Assembly: GCA_964530235.1 (NCBI GenBank)
Contig: CAZGYB010000004.1
Coordinates: 10,668 to 74,667 of the forward strand
DNA length: 64,000 bases
Source of the DNA: an uncultured Gammaproteobacteria bacterium
Lineage (GTDB): Bacteria; Patescibacteriota; Microgenomatia; UBA1406; GWC2-37-13
Reading direction: 5' to 3'
Shown here: positions 45,581 to 55,705 of the stretch, in pieces
Numbering within the stretch: position 1 is the stretch's first letter
Layout of the letters: each line of letters starts with the position of its first letter
Notes under the pieces: model-generated
Database searches by the model: none
What the model saw: only the letters and a program-made list of their open reading frames with translations
What the model was told of the DNA's origin: nothing
Position numbers and translations under genes: made by a program

Positions 45581-47745
45581 AGTTTTCTTCCGTATTTTTC
45601 TTTGGAAAGAGCAATTATTTTGGTGCGGTTTTCGTTTTTGAGGGAAGGAAGGGGAAGGGTAGTTGCTGGGAATGGTGCCGAAGTCATGTTATCGATAGAC
45701 AGTTTCATGACGGTCTCAAACTTACCAAGTGAAACCAGATCATTTTCCTCATACAGTTCGCCGTATTCTTTGCTTAAGGTATATGCATCCCGTGCGCCAA
45801 CTACAAATGAAATAAGAGTACCTACGTTGCCAAAAATAGCCCGTTCAATGTCTTCGTCAAGCTGTTCGATGTACTGATTGGTTAGACACAAAGAGAGACG
45901 AAATTTTCGCGCTTCAGAAAGAATTTTAATAAATGAGTTTGTCGCAAAGTTTTGAAACTCATCAACATACAGAAAAAAATCTTTTCTATCCTGTTCTTTG
46001 ACAAACGAGCGGTTCATAGCAGCAAGTTGGATTTGGGTGATGATCATGGCGCCGAGAAGCGATGCGTTGTCTTCGCCCAGTTTTCCCTGCGAAAGATTGA
46101 GAATAAGAATTTTGCCTGAGTTCATAATATCCTCAAGGTCAATACTTGATTTGGATTTGCCGACAATATTACGTATCATGCGGGAAGTGACAAACTGTCC
46201 GACTTTATTTTGAATCGGCGAAATTGCTTCTGCTTTGAGCCGGTCAGGCATTTTTGCAAACTCTTTTTCCCAGAATGCTTTAAGTACCGGGTCATTTAAA
46301 CTGCTGACTACTTTTTTCCGGTATTCGGCATGGGAGAGAAGATTCAGTACATCAGGGAGCGTTGAGCCGGGAGTTTCAAGAAGCGTCATAATGACATTTC
46401 GTAAAATATATTCAAGACGAGGCCCCCAGCTTTCTTTATAGAGTTTGCTGAAAATAGAGACAATGCCGGATGAAATAAGGTCTTTATGCTGTTTGTTTTT
46501 TATTTCCAATACGTTGAGTGAAAATGGACGGTCCACATCAAACGGTTCAAGGTATACTACATCGTTTATTCTCCGTTTTGGAATATAGTCGAGGATTGTT
46601 TCCGATAAATCGCCGTGTGGATCAATGATCCCGACCCCTCGGTCTTTCCGGATATCATCAATTGCCATGTTGGCAATGAGAGTGGATTTCCCGGCACCGG
46701 TTTTTCCGATGATATAGATATGTTTACGTCGGTCTGCGTCTTTAATGCCAAAAATGGTTTCTTTATTGCGGAACTCTGTTTTGGCAAAAAAATTGACTTC
46801 TTTTTTGTGTTCATCTGAAATATTGTCAGAAACAGGCAGATTTTCCGGAGGTTCGCCGATGAGTGTTTTTCCCCAGCTTATGTTTTTAATACCGGCTAAA
46901 AGATAGCCGGGGGGATGCCAGAGGGTGGCAAGCTCCTGCGAATTGAGTATTTGATTCCGGTGTTCAAAATAAGAAAGTTTCCGTTTTTTTATGCGTGCAA
47001 TAAGCCGTTCTTTGAAAAAAAGAGGCCGTTTAAACACAAACTGGTTGCCTTCGCCAAGTGAAAAGCTTCCAAATGTGCCAGCAAGCTGACTGACAAACGG
47101 CATGGGATTAAGCCCATTAGTGTTTGTTCCTGCAATTAGGCGAATTCCAACTTTTCCACCCTGAAACGTTGCTTTTTTCATAATGATCATTTTCTGCGGG
47201 TTCATGGTGTATTTCATCGCGTTTTCGTCATACACTTGAAGCCCAGCATTTTTCACCGCCAAGTCCTGCCAGGCAAAATGAGGGGGTGTTACAACAATCT
47301 GAATAGCCATTTTCAGTTGTGGAGGCTGTTTTGATAAAAATCCGACTAAAGCAGACAACGGATCAACATCTTTGAAATCAAAGTACGTTTTAATCGGGAG
47401 ATACGAGTATGAGTTTAAGGCAACTTCACCAACCGCAACTGAGCGAGAATTGAAAATAATGTCCATAGGATCTGTTGTTTTCGCAACTTTAGATTGAGGG
47501 AATGAAGAGGTGACGAGGCTTTGAATAAGAGTTTCACTTTCCTTTGGAGTGGTTATGTAAAAATAGACGAGTTGATTGAGCAGATATATTTCAAATGCAT
47601 ACGTTTTTGGGTGAACAATAAGAGCCCGTTTGAGGAGTGGAAGATACGGATAGGGAAGAACCGATGCAAAAATCTGAGTTGCTGACTCAATCGGCGTTTC
47701 ATCCTCTTTCGGATTCCGGACATGTAAATGAGATAACACAGGCAT
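45577..47745 (-). CDS. VirD4/TraG/TraD-like P-loop ATPase (type IV coupling-protein-like)
   Basis: Walker A IIGKTGAGKSTL, GIIDPHGD, Walker B FFLYVDEFQNF, and ELATLWHPP upstream, as in T4SS DNA-binding-domain ATPases. A 4-nt overlap links it to the downstream gene. Confidence 0.6.
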   Translation of the reverse strand: MPVLSHLHVRNPKEDETPIESATQIFASVLPYPYLPLLKRALIVHPKTYAFEIYLLNQLVYFYITTPKESETLIQSLVTSSFPQSKVAKTTDPMDIIFNSRSVAVGEVALNSYSYLPIKTYFDFKDVDPLSALVGFLSKQPPQLKMAIQIVVTPPHFAWQDLAVKNAGLQVYDENAMKYTMNPQKMIIMKKATFQGGKVGIRLIAGTNTNGLNPMPFVSQLAGTFGSFSLGEGNQFVFKRPLFFKERLIARIKKRKLSYFEHRNQILNSQELATLWHPPGYLLAGIKNISWGKTLIGEPPENLPVSDNISDEHKKEVNFFAKTEFRNKETIFGIKDADRRKHIYIIGKTGAGKSTLIANMAIDDIRKDRGVGIIDPHGDLSETILDYIPKRRINDVVYLEPFDVDRPFSLNVLEIKNKQHKDLISSGIVSIFSKLYKESWGPRLEYILRNVIMTLLETPGSTLPDVLNLLSHAEYRKKVVSSLNDPVLKAFWEKEFAKMPDRLKAEAISPIQNKVGQFVTSRMIRNIVGKSKSSIDLEDIMNSGKILILNLSQGKLGEDNASLLGAMIITQIQLAAMNRSFVKEQDRKDFFLYVDEFQNFATNSFIKILSEARKFRLSLCLTNQYIEQLDEDIERAIFGNVGTLISFVVGARDAYTLSKEYGELYEENDLVSLGKFETVMKLSIDNMTSAPFPATTLPLPSLKNENRTKIIALSKEKYGRKL

Positions 47746-47821
47746 AGTTTGAGTATAACAGAAAGTGTGGAGTGTTTATGGAAAAGTTATACGCATACAT
47801 AACACAAAAGGGGAAGTTTGA

Positions 47822-49573
47822 TTAATATACTTTATATATTTCGTAATAATCATCGGAAAACACAGATTGCAGATTAAATTCATTCAACCGTTCTTGAGTT
47901 TTTAGCCGTAGTTCTGAATCTAATTTTTGTTCAAATATTCCAGGAAGATAAAACTGAGTTTTTTTTTCATAAATAATATATTTTATTTGGTTTTGTGAAA
48001 GCACATCTTTATTTAACACATTTACACATGAAGGTAAAAATATTTGCGGATAATGTATACAGCGTATGGGGGTTGTTGTTATTTTTTTCTCATATAAAGG
48101 GGTTAAAAATGACGCATAACCATTTATAATCGGTTTATGATGGAACACTTGGAATAATTGCGCAGTTGCATTGTGTAAGCCTCCATAATAAATTGAGAAG
48201 GGTAGATGTAAAACAAAATAATAGTTCTGATCCTTCTTTATCTGTTCCAAATATGAAGGTATAGGTAGTTTGTAATAATCGATTTTTTTTATTGGTATTT
48301 GATCAAGAACAATAACGAGAACTAGTAACAATATAATGATTTTCCTGTTAAGGAGTTCTCCAATTTTTGTAGTTGAAAAAACGTATGCAGTAATAATTGT
48401 AGCTAAGGTAAAAAAAAGTATTCCATATCTTCCATATGCTCTTATTGCGTTAAAGGGAAATAAGTTAAGTTGAGAAATAAAATATATTGGCATTTTTAAT
48501 TCTAAGTTTCCTATTTTGAGGTACGGACCACACGATAGAATAATACTTATGCAAATGGAGAAAAAGACAAAAAAAGATATTGACTTCCATCTTCTATTTG
48601 TTTTAATAACATGATAAAAATTATTTTTTCGGATGAAAGAATAACATACATATCCGAGAGTTAAAATATTTACTATGCCTAAGTAATTGAGATGTTCAGA
48701 GGGTATCTTATGAGTGAGGGGTTGCTTTGGAAGCAGGGAATAAAGTATATTTTCATTTGCAGGAAAGAAAAAATTGATCAAACTTGATGAAAATCGAACC
48801 ATTTCATCTAGAGAACGGGATAAAACAAGTTGGTTTTCATGGTCAAACACTATTTTATCAGCATAAAGGTTGAAAAACGGGATTAATAAAATCAGTATAA
48901 GCAAGCATGAAACAGTTAAATAAAGTATATTTATTTGTTTCTTAATAAATTCAGGTATTTGAATACATATAAACAGAGCGAATAACGTTACTACTGCAAT
49001 TGAATAATATTCATGCACATAGAATGTGCATGCAATAATGACAGCAACAGAAAGGTAGTTAATCAGACTTGATTTTAATAAAATACGGTACAGGCAATAA
49101 AAAAAAAGCGGAAACATAAAAACAATAAACACAGAAGGGTGGCCTAAAGAGTGAAGAATGGTGGATGGTGCTAAAAAAAATATTAATCCCGTAATCCAAG
49201 AAATCGTTTTATTCGCACCCATTTTTCTCAGAACATAGTACATGGAAACGAAATTGAGATATAAGAAAAAAGCAACCGAGAAGTTATATGCAATGTAAAT
49301 ATTTTTTATTGCTACAAACAAAATATAAATAAAGCTGTTTTGTAAAATAGAAGATAATGATAAAGCGTAGGGATAAGGCGTTCCGTAAAACGAATCAGTG
49401 AGTATAGAAGTGGGGAGTGATAATATCTTAAACAAATTATATGATTGCCATATTTGCATTTGCGCGTCACCATAATAACCAAAAAAAAGACTTTTAATTC
49501 CTAAATCGATAGCTATATAAGTAACTATAAAGAAAGGGATTAAAAGTAGGAAAATTTTAGATATTTTTTTCAT
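47822..49573 (-). CDS. polytopic membrane protein, possible GT-C-type glycosyltransferase
   Basis: 583 aa with >12 TM helices and a C-terminal soluble domain. It overlaps the upstream gene by 17 nt. Confidence 0.4.
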   Translation of the reverse strand: MKKISKIFLLLIPFFIVTYIAIDLGIKSLFFGYYGDAQMQIWQSYNLFKILSLPTSILTDSFYGTPYPYALSLSSILQNSFIYILFVAIKNIYIAYNFSVAFFLYLNFVSMYYVLRKMGANKTISWITGLIFFLAPSTILHSLGHPSVFIVFMFPLFFYCLYRILLKSSLINYLSVAVIIACTFYVHEYYSIAVVTLFALFICIQIPEFIKKQINILYLTVSCLLILILLIPFFNLYADKIVFDHENQLVLSRSLDEMVRFSSSLINFFFPANENILYSLLPKQPLTHKIPSEHLNYLGIVNILTLGYVCYSFIRKNNFYHVIKTNRRWKSISFFVFFSICISIILSCGPYLKIGNLELKMPIYFISQLNLFPFNAIRAYGRYGILFFTLATIITAYVFSTTKIGELLNRKIIILLLVLVIVLDQIPIKKIDYYKLPIPSYLEQIKKDQNYYFVLHLPFSIYYGGLHNATAQLFQVFHHKPIINGYASFLTPLYEKKITTTPIRCIHYPQIFLPSCVNVLNKDVLSQNQIKYIIYEKKTQFYLPGIFEQKLDSELRLKTQERLNEFNLQSVFSDDYYEIYKVY

Positions 49574-52500
49574 GAGGATGGGGGATTATAAAGACAAGTA
49601 ACATCGAAAATATCAAAAGACCAAAGCCGATATTTTGAATCAATTGCGGAGCAAAAAAATATGAAACATGCATAGCTTCAGAGTTTAAGTCGTTGCTATC
49701 AACTATCCATCCATTTGCCCAATTGTTTACCAAGATATGTTTTTTTTGCTCAATTGAATTAATTGAAGCTTTCCAGTCCTCGTTGTAACTTTGATAATTA
49801 GTAATAAAACCGCTATAAGTATGGGGAGTTGGATTAATAAATTTAAGCTGTGTTAACAGATCGTAAGGAATTTTATATATCTGGATATTGCGAATATCAT
49901 TTATTGTTTCTCCTTCTCCGATAGATATATTATTAAAAGATAAAGTGTATCCTAATCCATACTGTTTCATCGGGGGAATAATAATGTAGTCAGTCGTAAA
50001 CTGGTTGTTATCAGTGAGAGAAACTTCACTATCTGTTTTTCTTGAGTCGCTATTAATAACAGCTAGTCGCATTTGTTTGCCCTTTTCATGTCTATTTTCG
50101 ACAAAGACAATATAAGCATTTCGTTGTTCTAATTTGTCTAAAATAATTTGATAAAAATTTTCAGAGTTTTTTGACGATAGTTGTAAATAGTCATTATTTA
50201 CAATTTTCTGTTGATATGAGCCGGTGTCAAAGACTACATTTTGAGTTGTACGAGAAAAAAAATCATAGTCTTTTGAACTATCGTAAACTAATGTAAAAGA
50301 AGGTGATTTTTGTATGTTGACTGATAAGGTTTGATTGATTAATGTTACTGAAGGGGTAGCATATAATTCTTCGTTGAAAGGGGGAATAACAACTGTATAT
50401 TGTTCTAATCCTTTTGGAATATTGGAATCAAACATAATGGTATTTGGTGTGTTTTTTACCGAAATAGGTAATTCATTAAGTTTTCGTTTTGTAAGAAGAG
50501 ATCTAAACGGATAAAAAACATCATAAGGTATAGTTTCATCACTTATGTAAGTTCCATATTCCCTGTATGCTATGTCATTATCAGTAAAGCCATATATTGG
50601 TCCAATATTTTTAATATTCTCTGTTTTTATGATGGTTTGCTCCGGACTTAACCGAACTTTGTAGATTTTGATATCTCGTGCTAGGGTATTGTTTTTTGCT
50701 TTAAAAACCTGCGATATGGTGTATTTTGGATTTTGGTTAAAGTATTCTTCAAGCCGATCGGCATAGAGAAAGCTTTTCGTATTAGGATAGGGTATGAGAT
50801 TTTTATCGAATAAAACCCATTCTATGCGATATTTCTCAAAAATTGCATCAATTTTATTGAATTGTTCTGAGTATATCGCATTATTAATTTCCCAGTAATA
50901 ATTTTCATTGTATTTTCCCCAAACATCAAATGAGCGGTGCATAATAGGTTGTTCTATGCCGTACCACCAAAAACCTGATCCGCTGTATCCCCATTTGTCA
51001 ACAGTCCATCCCCAATACCATCCTTGTGGAAAATCTGCTATTCTTGATTCTTTATCCTGTTTATTAAAAAATTCAAACGTATCTAAATAATTTGATGGAA
51101 GGACTAATTTAGTGCGTTTATATAGAAAGTTACCGGTAAAAATAGGATATGAAAAATAGATTAAAACTAATAAGACAATAGTCATAGCAACTTTAATGAA
51201 TACTTTTTTTTCTTTTTGATCAAGGAAGTGTGCAAACAAACGAAAGATAACCGACATACCCATTCCAAAAAAAATCGCGTAATAAAAGGATAAGCCTATG
51301 GAAAATTTTGTAAATGCAACCCGAAATGCTTGTCTCAGTGGTGGAATTTTCTGCATTACATCAGTAACGAGCGAAAACGGAAATGTGTTAGTTGCAAGAA
51401 ATGAGAACAACAGAATAAGTCCAACAAAAAAACAGAGTATATATTTGTTTTTTTTATCAAAAACAGATAATACGCCGATCGCAATAAATCCAAATATAGA
51501 GTATCCAAGTATTTTAATGATTGGTTTGTCGATGTGATTTTGCCATTGTTGAAAAATTGAGATGATCTTACCCCCCTCTATTGTATCAATCGACTCAAAG
51601 ATAAATCCTTTTAATAAGGTAACATTTTTTATATCGCCATATTTTTTGTTTTTTAGTATAAAGTCTTCAGTTGATGATAAATTGCTGTAAGCATTCAAGT
51701 AAGTAGAACTATTTGTATTTGTGTAATACAAGACAGGTAAAAGCCAATACGAGTTTATAAGAAGGGTTATTACTACAATTAGCGTAGATGATAAGATAGC
51801 GCGAAGATTAAAATTTGTTATGACATAAACGGTTAAAAAGGTACATAACATGATCAAATAAACAAAGAAAAGAGGAGGGATAAATCCTTGAGCAGTTGTG
51901 ATTACAGATACAATGAAAAATAAAAAAAGATTTTTTTTATTCGGTTTATTTAGATAATAAATAAGGGTTACAAAAAGCCAGGGGAGGCCTGCAAAATGAA
52001 TGATAAACGCCTCCAGTTGTACATAGAAATTTTGGACTGTAGACAAATTGAACATATAATAGCTACCCGCTAAAAATGCAGATGCAAGCTGAATATCTTC
52101 AGAAAAATGTTCAAGAAGTTTCTTTACCAGGAAGAAAATACCAATTGCCCCCGTAATGAGCATCATAAATGTAAATAATGCTCGTATGTATTGTTGAGGA
52201 ATAATCAAAGACATAAAAAAAGTAATGATGGTGTGAGGCAAAGTGGCAGCGTATGCATGACCTCCAAATGTGCCCAATCCCTGGTTTTGCTGCCAAACAG
52301 ATTGGAAAGCTCGTTTAAAATTAAGAAGGAAGTTAAATTCAGGATGTAAGTTGTCCCATCCGGTAAACCAGCTATCAAAAGGAAAGTTAAAAATAAAGAC
52401 TAGACTAAAAAGAATGAAAAGCATTCCTAAATAGAGGAAGATTTTTTTATTTGGTTGTTTATTTTGATGCAAGCGTGTTGAGTTTGTGTCCAAAATAACT

Positions 52501-52577
52501 TCGGGAGAATGATGGTTGAGATTGTTCATGGCTATTATATAATTCATTGTAACACTTCTCAATAAGGCTTTCAGCAT
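49557..52577 (-). CDS. AftD/DUF3367-like GT-C membrane glycosyltransferase (real start probably internal, e.g. 52424)
   Basis: WDNLHPEFNFLLNFKRAFQSVWQQNQGLGTFGGHAYAATLPHTIITF parallels the arabinofuranosyltransferase AftD N-terminal motif (D...P..fl.ra...W....fG....ay....P). There are many TMs and a large C-terminal soluble part. Confidence 0.45.
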   Translation of the reverse strand: MLKALLRSVTMNYIIAMNNLNHHSPEVILDTNSTRLHQNKQPNKKIFLYLGMLFILFSLVFIFNFPFDSWFTGWDNLHPEFNFLLNFKRAFQSVWQQNQGLGTFGGHAYAATLPHTIITFFMSLIIPQQYIRALFTFMMLITGAIGIFFLVKKLLEHFSEDIQLASAFLAGSYYMFNLSTVQNFYVQLEAFIIHFAGLPWLFVTLIYYLNKPNKKNLFLFFIVSVITTAQGFIPPLFFVYLIMLCTFLTVYVITNFNLRAILSSTLIVVITLLINSYWLLPVLYYTNTNSSTYLNAYSNLSSTEDFILKNKKYGDIKNVTLLKGFIFESIDTIEGGKIISIFQQWQNHIDKPIIKILGYSIFGFIAIGVLSVFDKKNKYILCFFVGLILLFSFLATNTFPFSLVTDVMQKIPPLRQAFRVAFTKFSIGLSFYYAIFFGMGMSVIFRLFAHFLDQKEKKVFIKVAMTIVLLVLIYFSYPIFTGNFLYKRTKLVLPSNYLDTFEFFNKQDKESRIADFPQGWYWGWTVDKWGYSGSGFWWYGIEQPIMHRSFDVWGKYNENYYWEINNAIYSEQFNKIDAIFEKYRIEWVLFDKNLIPYPNTKSFLYADRLEEYFNQNPKYTISQVFKAKNNTLARDIKIYKVRLSPEQTIIKTENIKNIGPIYGFTDNDIAYREYGTYISDETIPYDVFYPFRSLLTKRKLNELPISVKNTPNTIMFDSNIPKGLEQYTVVIPPFNEELYATPSVTLINQTLSVNIQKSPSFTLVYDSSKDYDFFSRTTQNVVFDTGSYQQKIVNNDYLQLSSKNSENFYQIILDKLEQRNAYIVFVENRHEKGKQMRLAVINSDSRKTDSEVSLTDNNQFTTDYIIIPPMKQYGLGYTLSFNNISIGEGETINDIRNIQIYKIPYDLLTQLKFINPTPHTYSGFITNYQSYNEDWKASINSIEQKKHILVNNWANGWIVDSNDLNSEAMHVSYFFAPQLIQNIGFGLLIFSMLLVFIIPHPHEKNI

Positions 52578-53808
52578 TTTTTTCTTTAGCTAAATCTTTA
52601 GATACGTGTGTTAAAAGTGTTCTATATTGGGGTGCAAATGCTTTTTTCAATATGGTACTAAATGATTGAGAGCTGTGTGCAAAAGTAACGTCTTTTTTTG
52701 AAAGACCATTTTTTGAATAAATCCGATGTATATCTTCATTTGCAAATAGCTCGCTCATTTTATTACTAAAAATAAATGGTTTTTTATACTTAATTGCATG
52801 AGTCATACTTGCTGACGCTCCAATGAAACCTCGGTAGGGGAGCACAACTAAATCGGTTGCAGCAAAATAAAGCGGAATTTTATGTTCCGGAACAAATCCA
52901 GTTATCGTAATGGATTTTTGGTTTTGCACAGATTGTAAAACTTTTTTATAAAATTGCCGGTAATAAGGTTTATGTTTTAAAGAGTGCGCGTTTCCTCCGG
53001 CTAATACTAAGTGTATTTTTTTAAACGGTTGTTGTTTTCTTAATTTTTTTACTGTTTCAACTATCCAATCAGCACCTTTATAATAGGTAATAAATCCGAA
53101 GCAAAGCAAAACAAACTCATTCTTTGAAAAACCAAGAAGTTTTTTAGCTTTACTTAGCGAAGGGGCAGACTTTATTTTTTCTACCCAAAAATTACTTAAA
53201 AATATTTTATTTGGACTGACAAAGTAAGATAAACGGGTTTTGATTACTCCATCCATAACTACAAACTTATCAACAATTTTATCCAAAACGCGGTAGTAAT
53301 ATTTGATTCCAGTATTCAAAATCCAAAAAGCTAAGGATTTTTGTTTCAGATTTAAATGGGGTGCAATATCATAGAGATTTAACACAACATTATGAGCAAA
53401 ATAGGTAATATTTTTGCGTGCAAGTTTAATGAGGAGTAAAAAAGGAACAATCATAACTTGATTTATTATTCCTCCGTTTGCACAAAACTCAGAATGAACA
53501 TGAACTTGTTTAATATTATGAAATGCAATTAACCATTTAATAATACTTGGGAATAAAGAATGATGTTTTTTTTCAAATATTCGGAGAACAAGAATTTTGC
53601 CATTAACGTACAACTTTGGGCGATTATTCATTCCTTTTTCAGCCAGCACGACAAAATTGACACCGTATTGTTTAGCCATTGGCTCAATTATTTGTTTTGT
53701 ATGCCAGGCAATACCATAGTTGTTTTCACCATATTTAGTCTTCTCAGGATAATCCGAGATGATTAAATAAGTATTTGGCTTATTAAATTGTTTTATTAGT
53801 TTTTTCAT
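52459..53808 (-). CDS. GT-B glycosyltransferase, family 4-like
   Basis: HLVLAGGN.......ITITGFVPEHKIPLYFAATDLVVLPYR...GASASMTHAIKYKKPFIFS is the typical 'glycosyl transferases group 1' C-terminal domain. Confidence 0.6.
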   Translation of the reverse strand: MKKLIKQFNKPNTYLIISDYPEKTKYGENNYGIAWHTKQIIEPMAKQYGVNFVVLAEKGMNNRPKLYVNGKILVLRIFEKKHHSLFPSIIKWLIAFHNIKQVHVHSEFCANGGIINQVMIVPFLLLIKLARKNITYFAHNVVLNLYDIAPHLNLKQKSLAFWILNTGIKYYYRVLDKIVDKFVVMDGVIKTRLSYFVSPNKIFLSNFWVEKIKSAPSLSKAKKLLGFSKNEFVLLCFGFITYYKGADWIVETVKKLRKQQPFKKIHLVLAGGNAHSLKHKPYYRQFYKKVLQSVQNQKSITITGFVPEHKIPLYFAATDLVVLPYRGFIGASASMTHAIKYKKPFIFSNKMSELFANEDIHRIYSKNGLSKKDVTFAHSSQSFSTILKKAFAPQYRTLLTHVSKDLAKEKNAESLIEKCYNELYNSHEQSQPSFSRSYFGHKLNTLASK

Positions 53809-53858
53809 ATATCTTTCCCTCTAAACACAAATGAATTTGTATGTATAGGGAAAGATAT
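53809..53858. repeat. perfect 12-bp inverted repeat (26-nt loop) abutting the GT4 start codon
   Basis: ATATCTTTCCCT (53809-53820) pairs with AGGGAAAGATAT (53847-53858). The repeat lies exactly where the GC-rich island begins. Confidence 0.85.
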
Positions 53859-54034
53859 GGGGTGTTAGGTTTTGGTTGAGAGCCGGTGAGGGCTGTTGAT
53901 TGCGGTAAGGCAATCGGACCAAAACATTGGCACTTCCATATCCTGATGGACCGTGTTGCGGTGGCAACTGTTATGTTGCGGCAACATCTGCTCTCCGTAA
54001 GGAGAATATCCATCTTTTGGGTTAGGTTCTTTGC

Positions 54035-54973
54035 TTAGTGCAAAGGGCGGTGTTCGGGCAAGAGCCACAGACTGACTTCAGCGCCGGCAGGGGCTACATC
54101 CCAGGACTTAGCGTCCTTTTGGATTTGGTCGACCCAGCAGGGCTTGGCGAAGTCCTTCGCAAACGTCATGTGTGCGCCGGCAGCAATCCCCTTATCCAGG
54201 AGTACCTCGAAGGTAGTTCCAGGGGCGGCAAGAGCTTGCAGCTCTGTGATGCTTAGGGCGTTGCACGTGGCGGGTGCGGGGGTCGTGGCAGCGACAGGCG
54301 TGGCGACGGGGGCGCTGATCATCTCGATAGGACGGCAGACGGTTTTGACCCAGATGCTGGCTTGGAAGCCTGCATTGATCATAGGAACCGGTTTACTGTC
54401 CTTGTGGATAGCATCGATTGCCCATCCCCATTCGACGTCAGTCGCTGTGAAGTTCTTACCGAACGTCAGGTGTGCGCCAGAAACCTGTCCGCCTTCATAC
54501 AACCAGTATTCGACGTTGCCAAGATTCTCGATGTCAGTCGAGGTAGGGCAGCGTGGTTCTGGTGCGGTGGCAGGTGCAGGCGTGGCGGCGGGGTCAACGA
54601 CAACGGTGTTGGTGACAGTGGGGCTGGCAGCGGGCACAGGGGTGCTCGAAGCAGCGTCGGTGGTGGCGGATGCGGCGCAGGTGCCGAAGTCAATCTCACC
54701 CTGGATTTCACCAGTCGTCAAGTTGATAGTCACCACGGATGTGGCAACGATGTTGACGCCAGGATCCAGCGTAAGGGATGACCCGCCTGCGTTTTCCACA
54801 CTGCTTTCTGCGCTGATGCAGAATGTGGCATCCGGCTGCATGACTAGCTGGTCTTTGTCAATTGCGACATTGCCGGACGGCGTGCCAGTGATGGCAGCGG
54901 TACCGCCACAAGCAGCGAGCAACAGCGTGACCAGGGTCAGCAAGACTACGATCAGACTTCTTTTGGTGTTCAT
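54035..54973 (-). CDS. lipoprotein of unknown function with an internal duplication; GC-rich and compositionally foreign
   Basis: Signal peptide plus lipobox (LVTLLLAAC|GG) and a strong SD (AGGAGG 6 nt upstream). The duplicated segment is GAHLTFGKNFTATDVEWGWAIDAIHKD / GAHMTFAKDFAKPCWVDQIQKD. By eye, GC is far above the flanks. Confidence 0.6.
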   Translation of the reverse strand: MNTKRSLIVVLLTLVTLLLAACGGTAAITGTPSGNVAIDKDQLVMQPDATFCISAESSVENAGGSSLTLDPGVNIVATSVVTINLTTGEIQGEIDFGTCAASATTDAASSTPVPAASPTVTNTVVVDPAATPAPATAPEPRCPTSTDIENLGNVEYWLYEGGQVSGAHLTFGKNFTATDVEWGWAIDAIHKDSKPVPMINAGFQASIWVKTVCRPIEMISAPVATPVAATTPAPATCNALSITELQALAAPGTTFEVLLDKGIAAGAHMTFAKDFAKPCWVDQIQKDAKSWDVAPAGAEVSLWLLPEHRPLH

Positions 54974-55667
54974 GAGATCCTCCTAAGATCTTCGAACGTT
55001 GGTTGTTGTGTATGATGACCCCTACAGGGTACCCACATACGGGCTGGATGAACGTTTCGATCCACGCGCAGGGGAAAACAGAAGTTTTCCACTATGTGTG
55101 GATCTTCACCCGCCTTAGGCGGGTGAACCTTTTAGCCGATCTTTGTTTTTATCTGCAACCAGAAAATCCGGTTGAGATTACTCACACTGATCATTGGCCA
55201 AAAGGGAATGAGTTCAAGCCGTTTACAACATCCTGTCTGTCACCCTTTGTCCGCCATAGCTTTATGCGTAGGCGGAGCCCATACCTCCATACCTTGTTGT
55301 AGACTTTTATCCACCAGATCTTACCGTTCGCCTTACTTACTATTTGTAGCTCGGCTCACGGAGCGATTCTCGGCGGATAAACGCGAGTATTTCTGTCTCT
55401 TTCGAGCCAGAAACTCGCTTTTACCTAAACCCAAAATTTTAAAGAGCCCTTCGTTACTTCGTTCCTCAGGGTAAACTCCCTTTGGACAAAGCTCGTAAGG
55501 CAGGGTGCCGTATGGTACCCTGGATGATTCGTCCTTTTTATTCCTTAACCAGCTATTGGTTAAGAGACTCCTCATCACGGTTTTATCCCGGACGAGGATT
55601 GGTAGAAGCTATTTCTACCCCTCGCGGGGGATAACTTGGGATTTAAACCCCAAGGAAATACGGTTAA

Positions 55668-55705
55668 AATCAGTTGCAATCAGTTGCAATCAGTTGCAAT
55701 CGGTT
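55668..55705. repeat. tandem 10-mer (AATCAGTTGC) x3.5
   Basis: cagttgcaat occurs three times exactly (55671-55700) and is followed by cggtt. It marks the GC-rich/AT-rich transition. Confidence 0.9.

Noticed and set aside
54144-54986. 280-aa plus-strand ORF (and others at 54038.., 54362.., 54466..) antisense to or overlapping the lipoprotein gene.
   Set aside because: GC-rich DNA gives long spurious antisense ORFs. The minus-strand frame has an AGGAGG SD, a signal peptide and an LLAAC lipobox, whereas the others have none of these.
55668-55705. CRISPR array (also considered for the 21.5-kb and heptad repeats).
   Set aside because: The units are 7-18 nt and directly tandem with no unique spacers, and no cas genes are present. 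These are simple tandem repeats.
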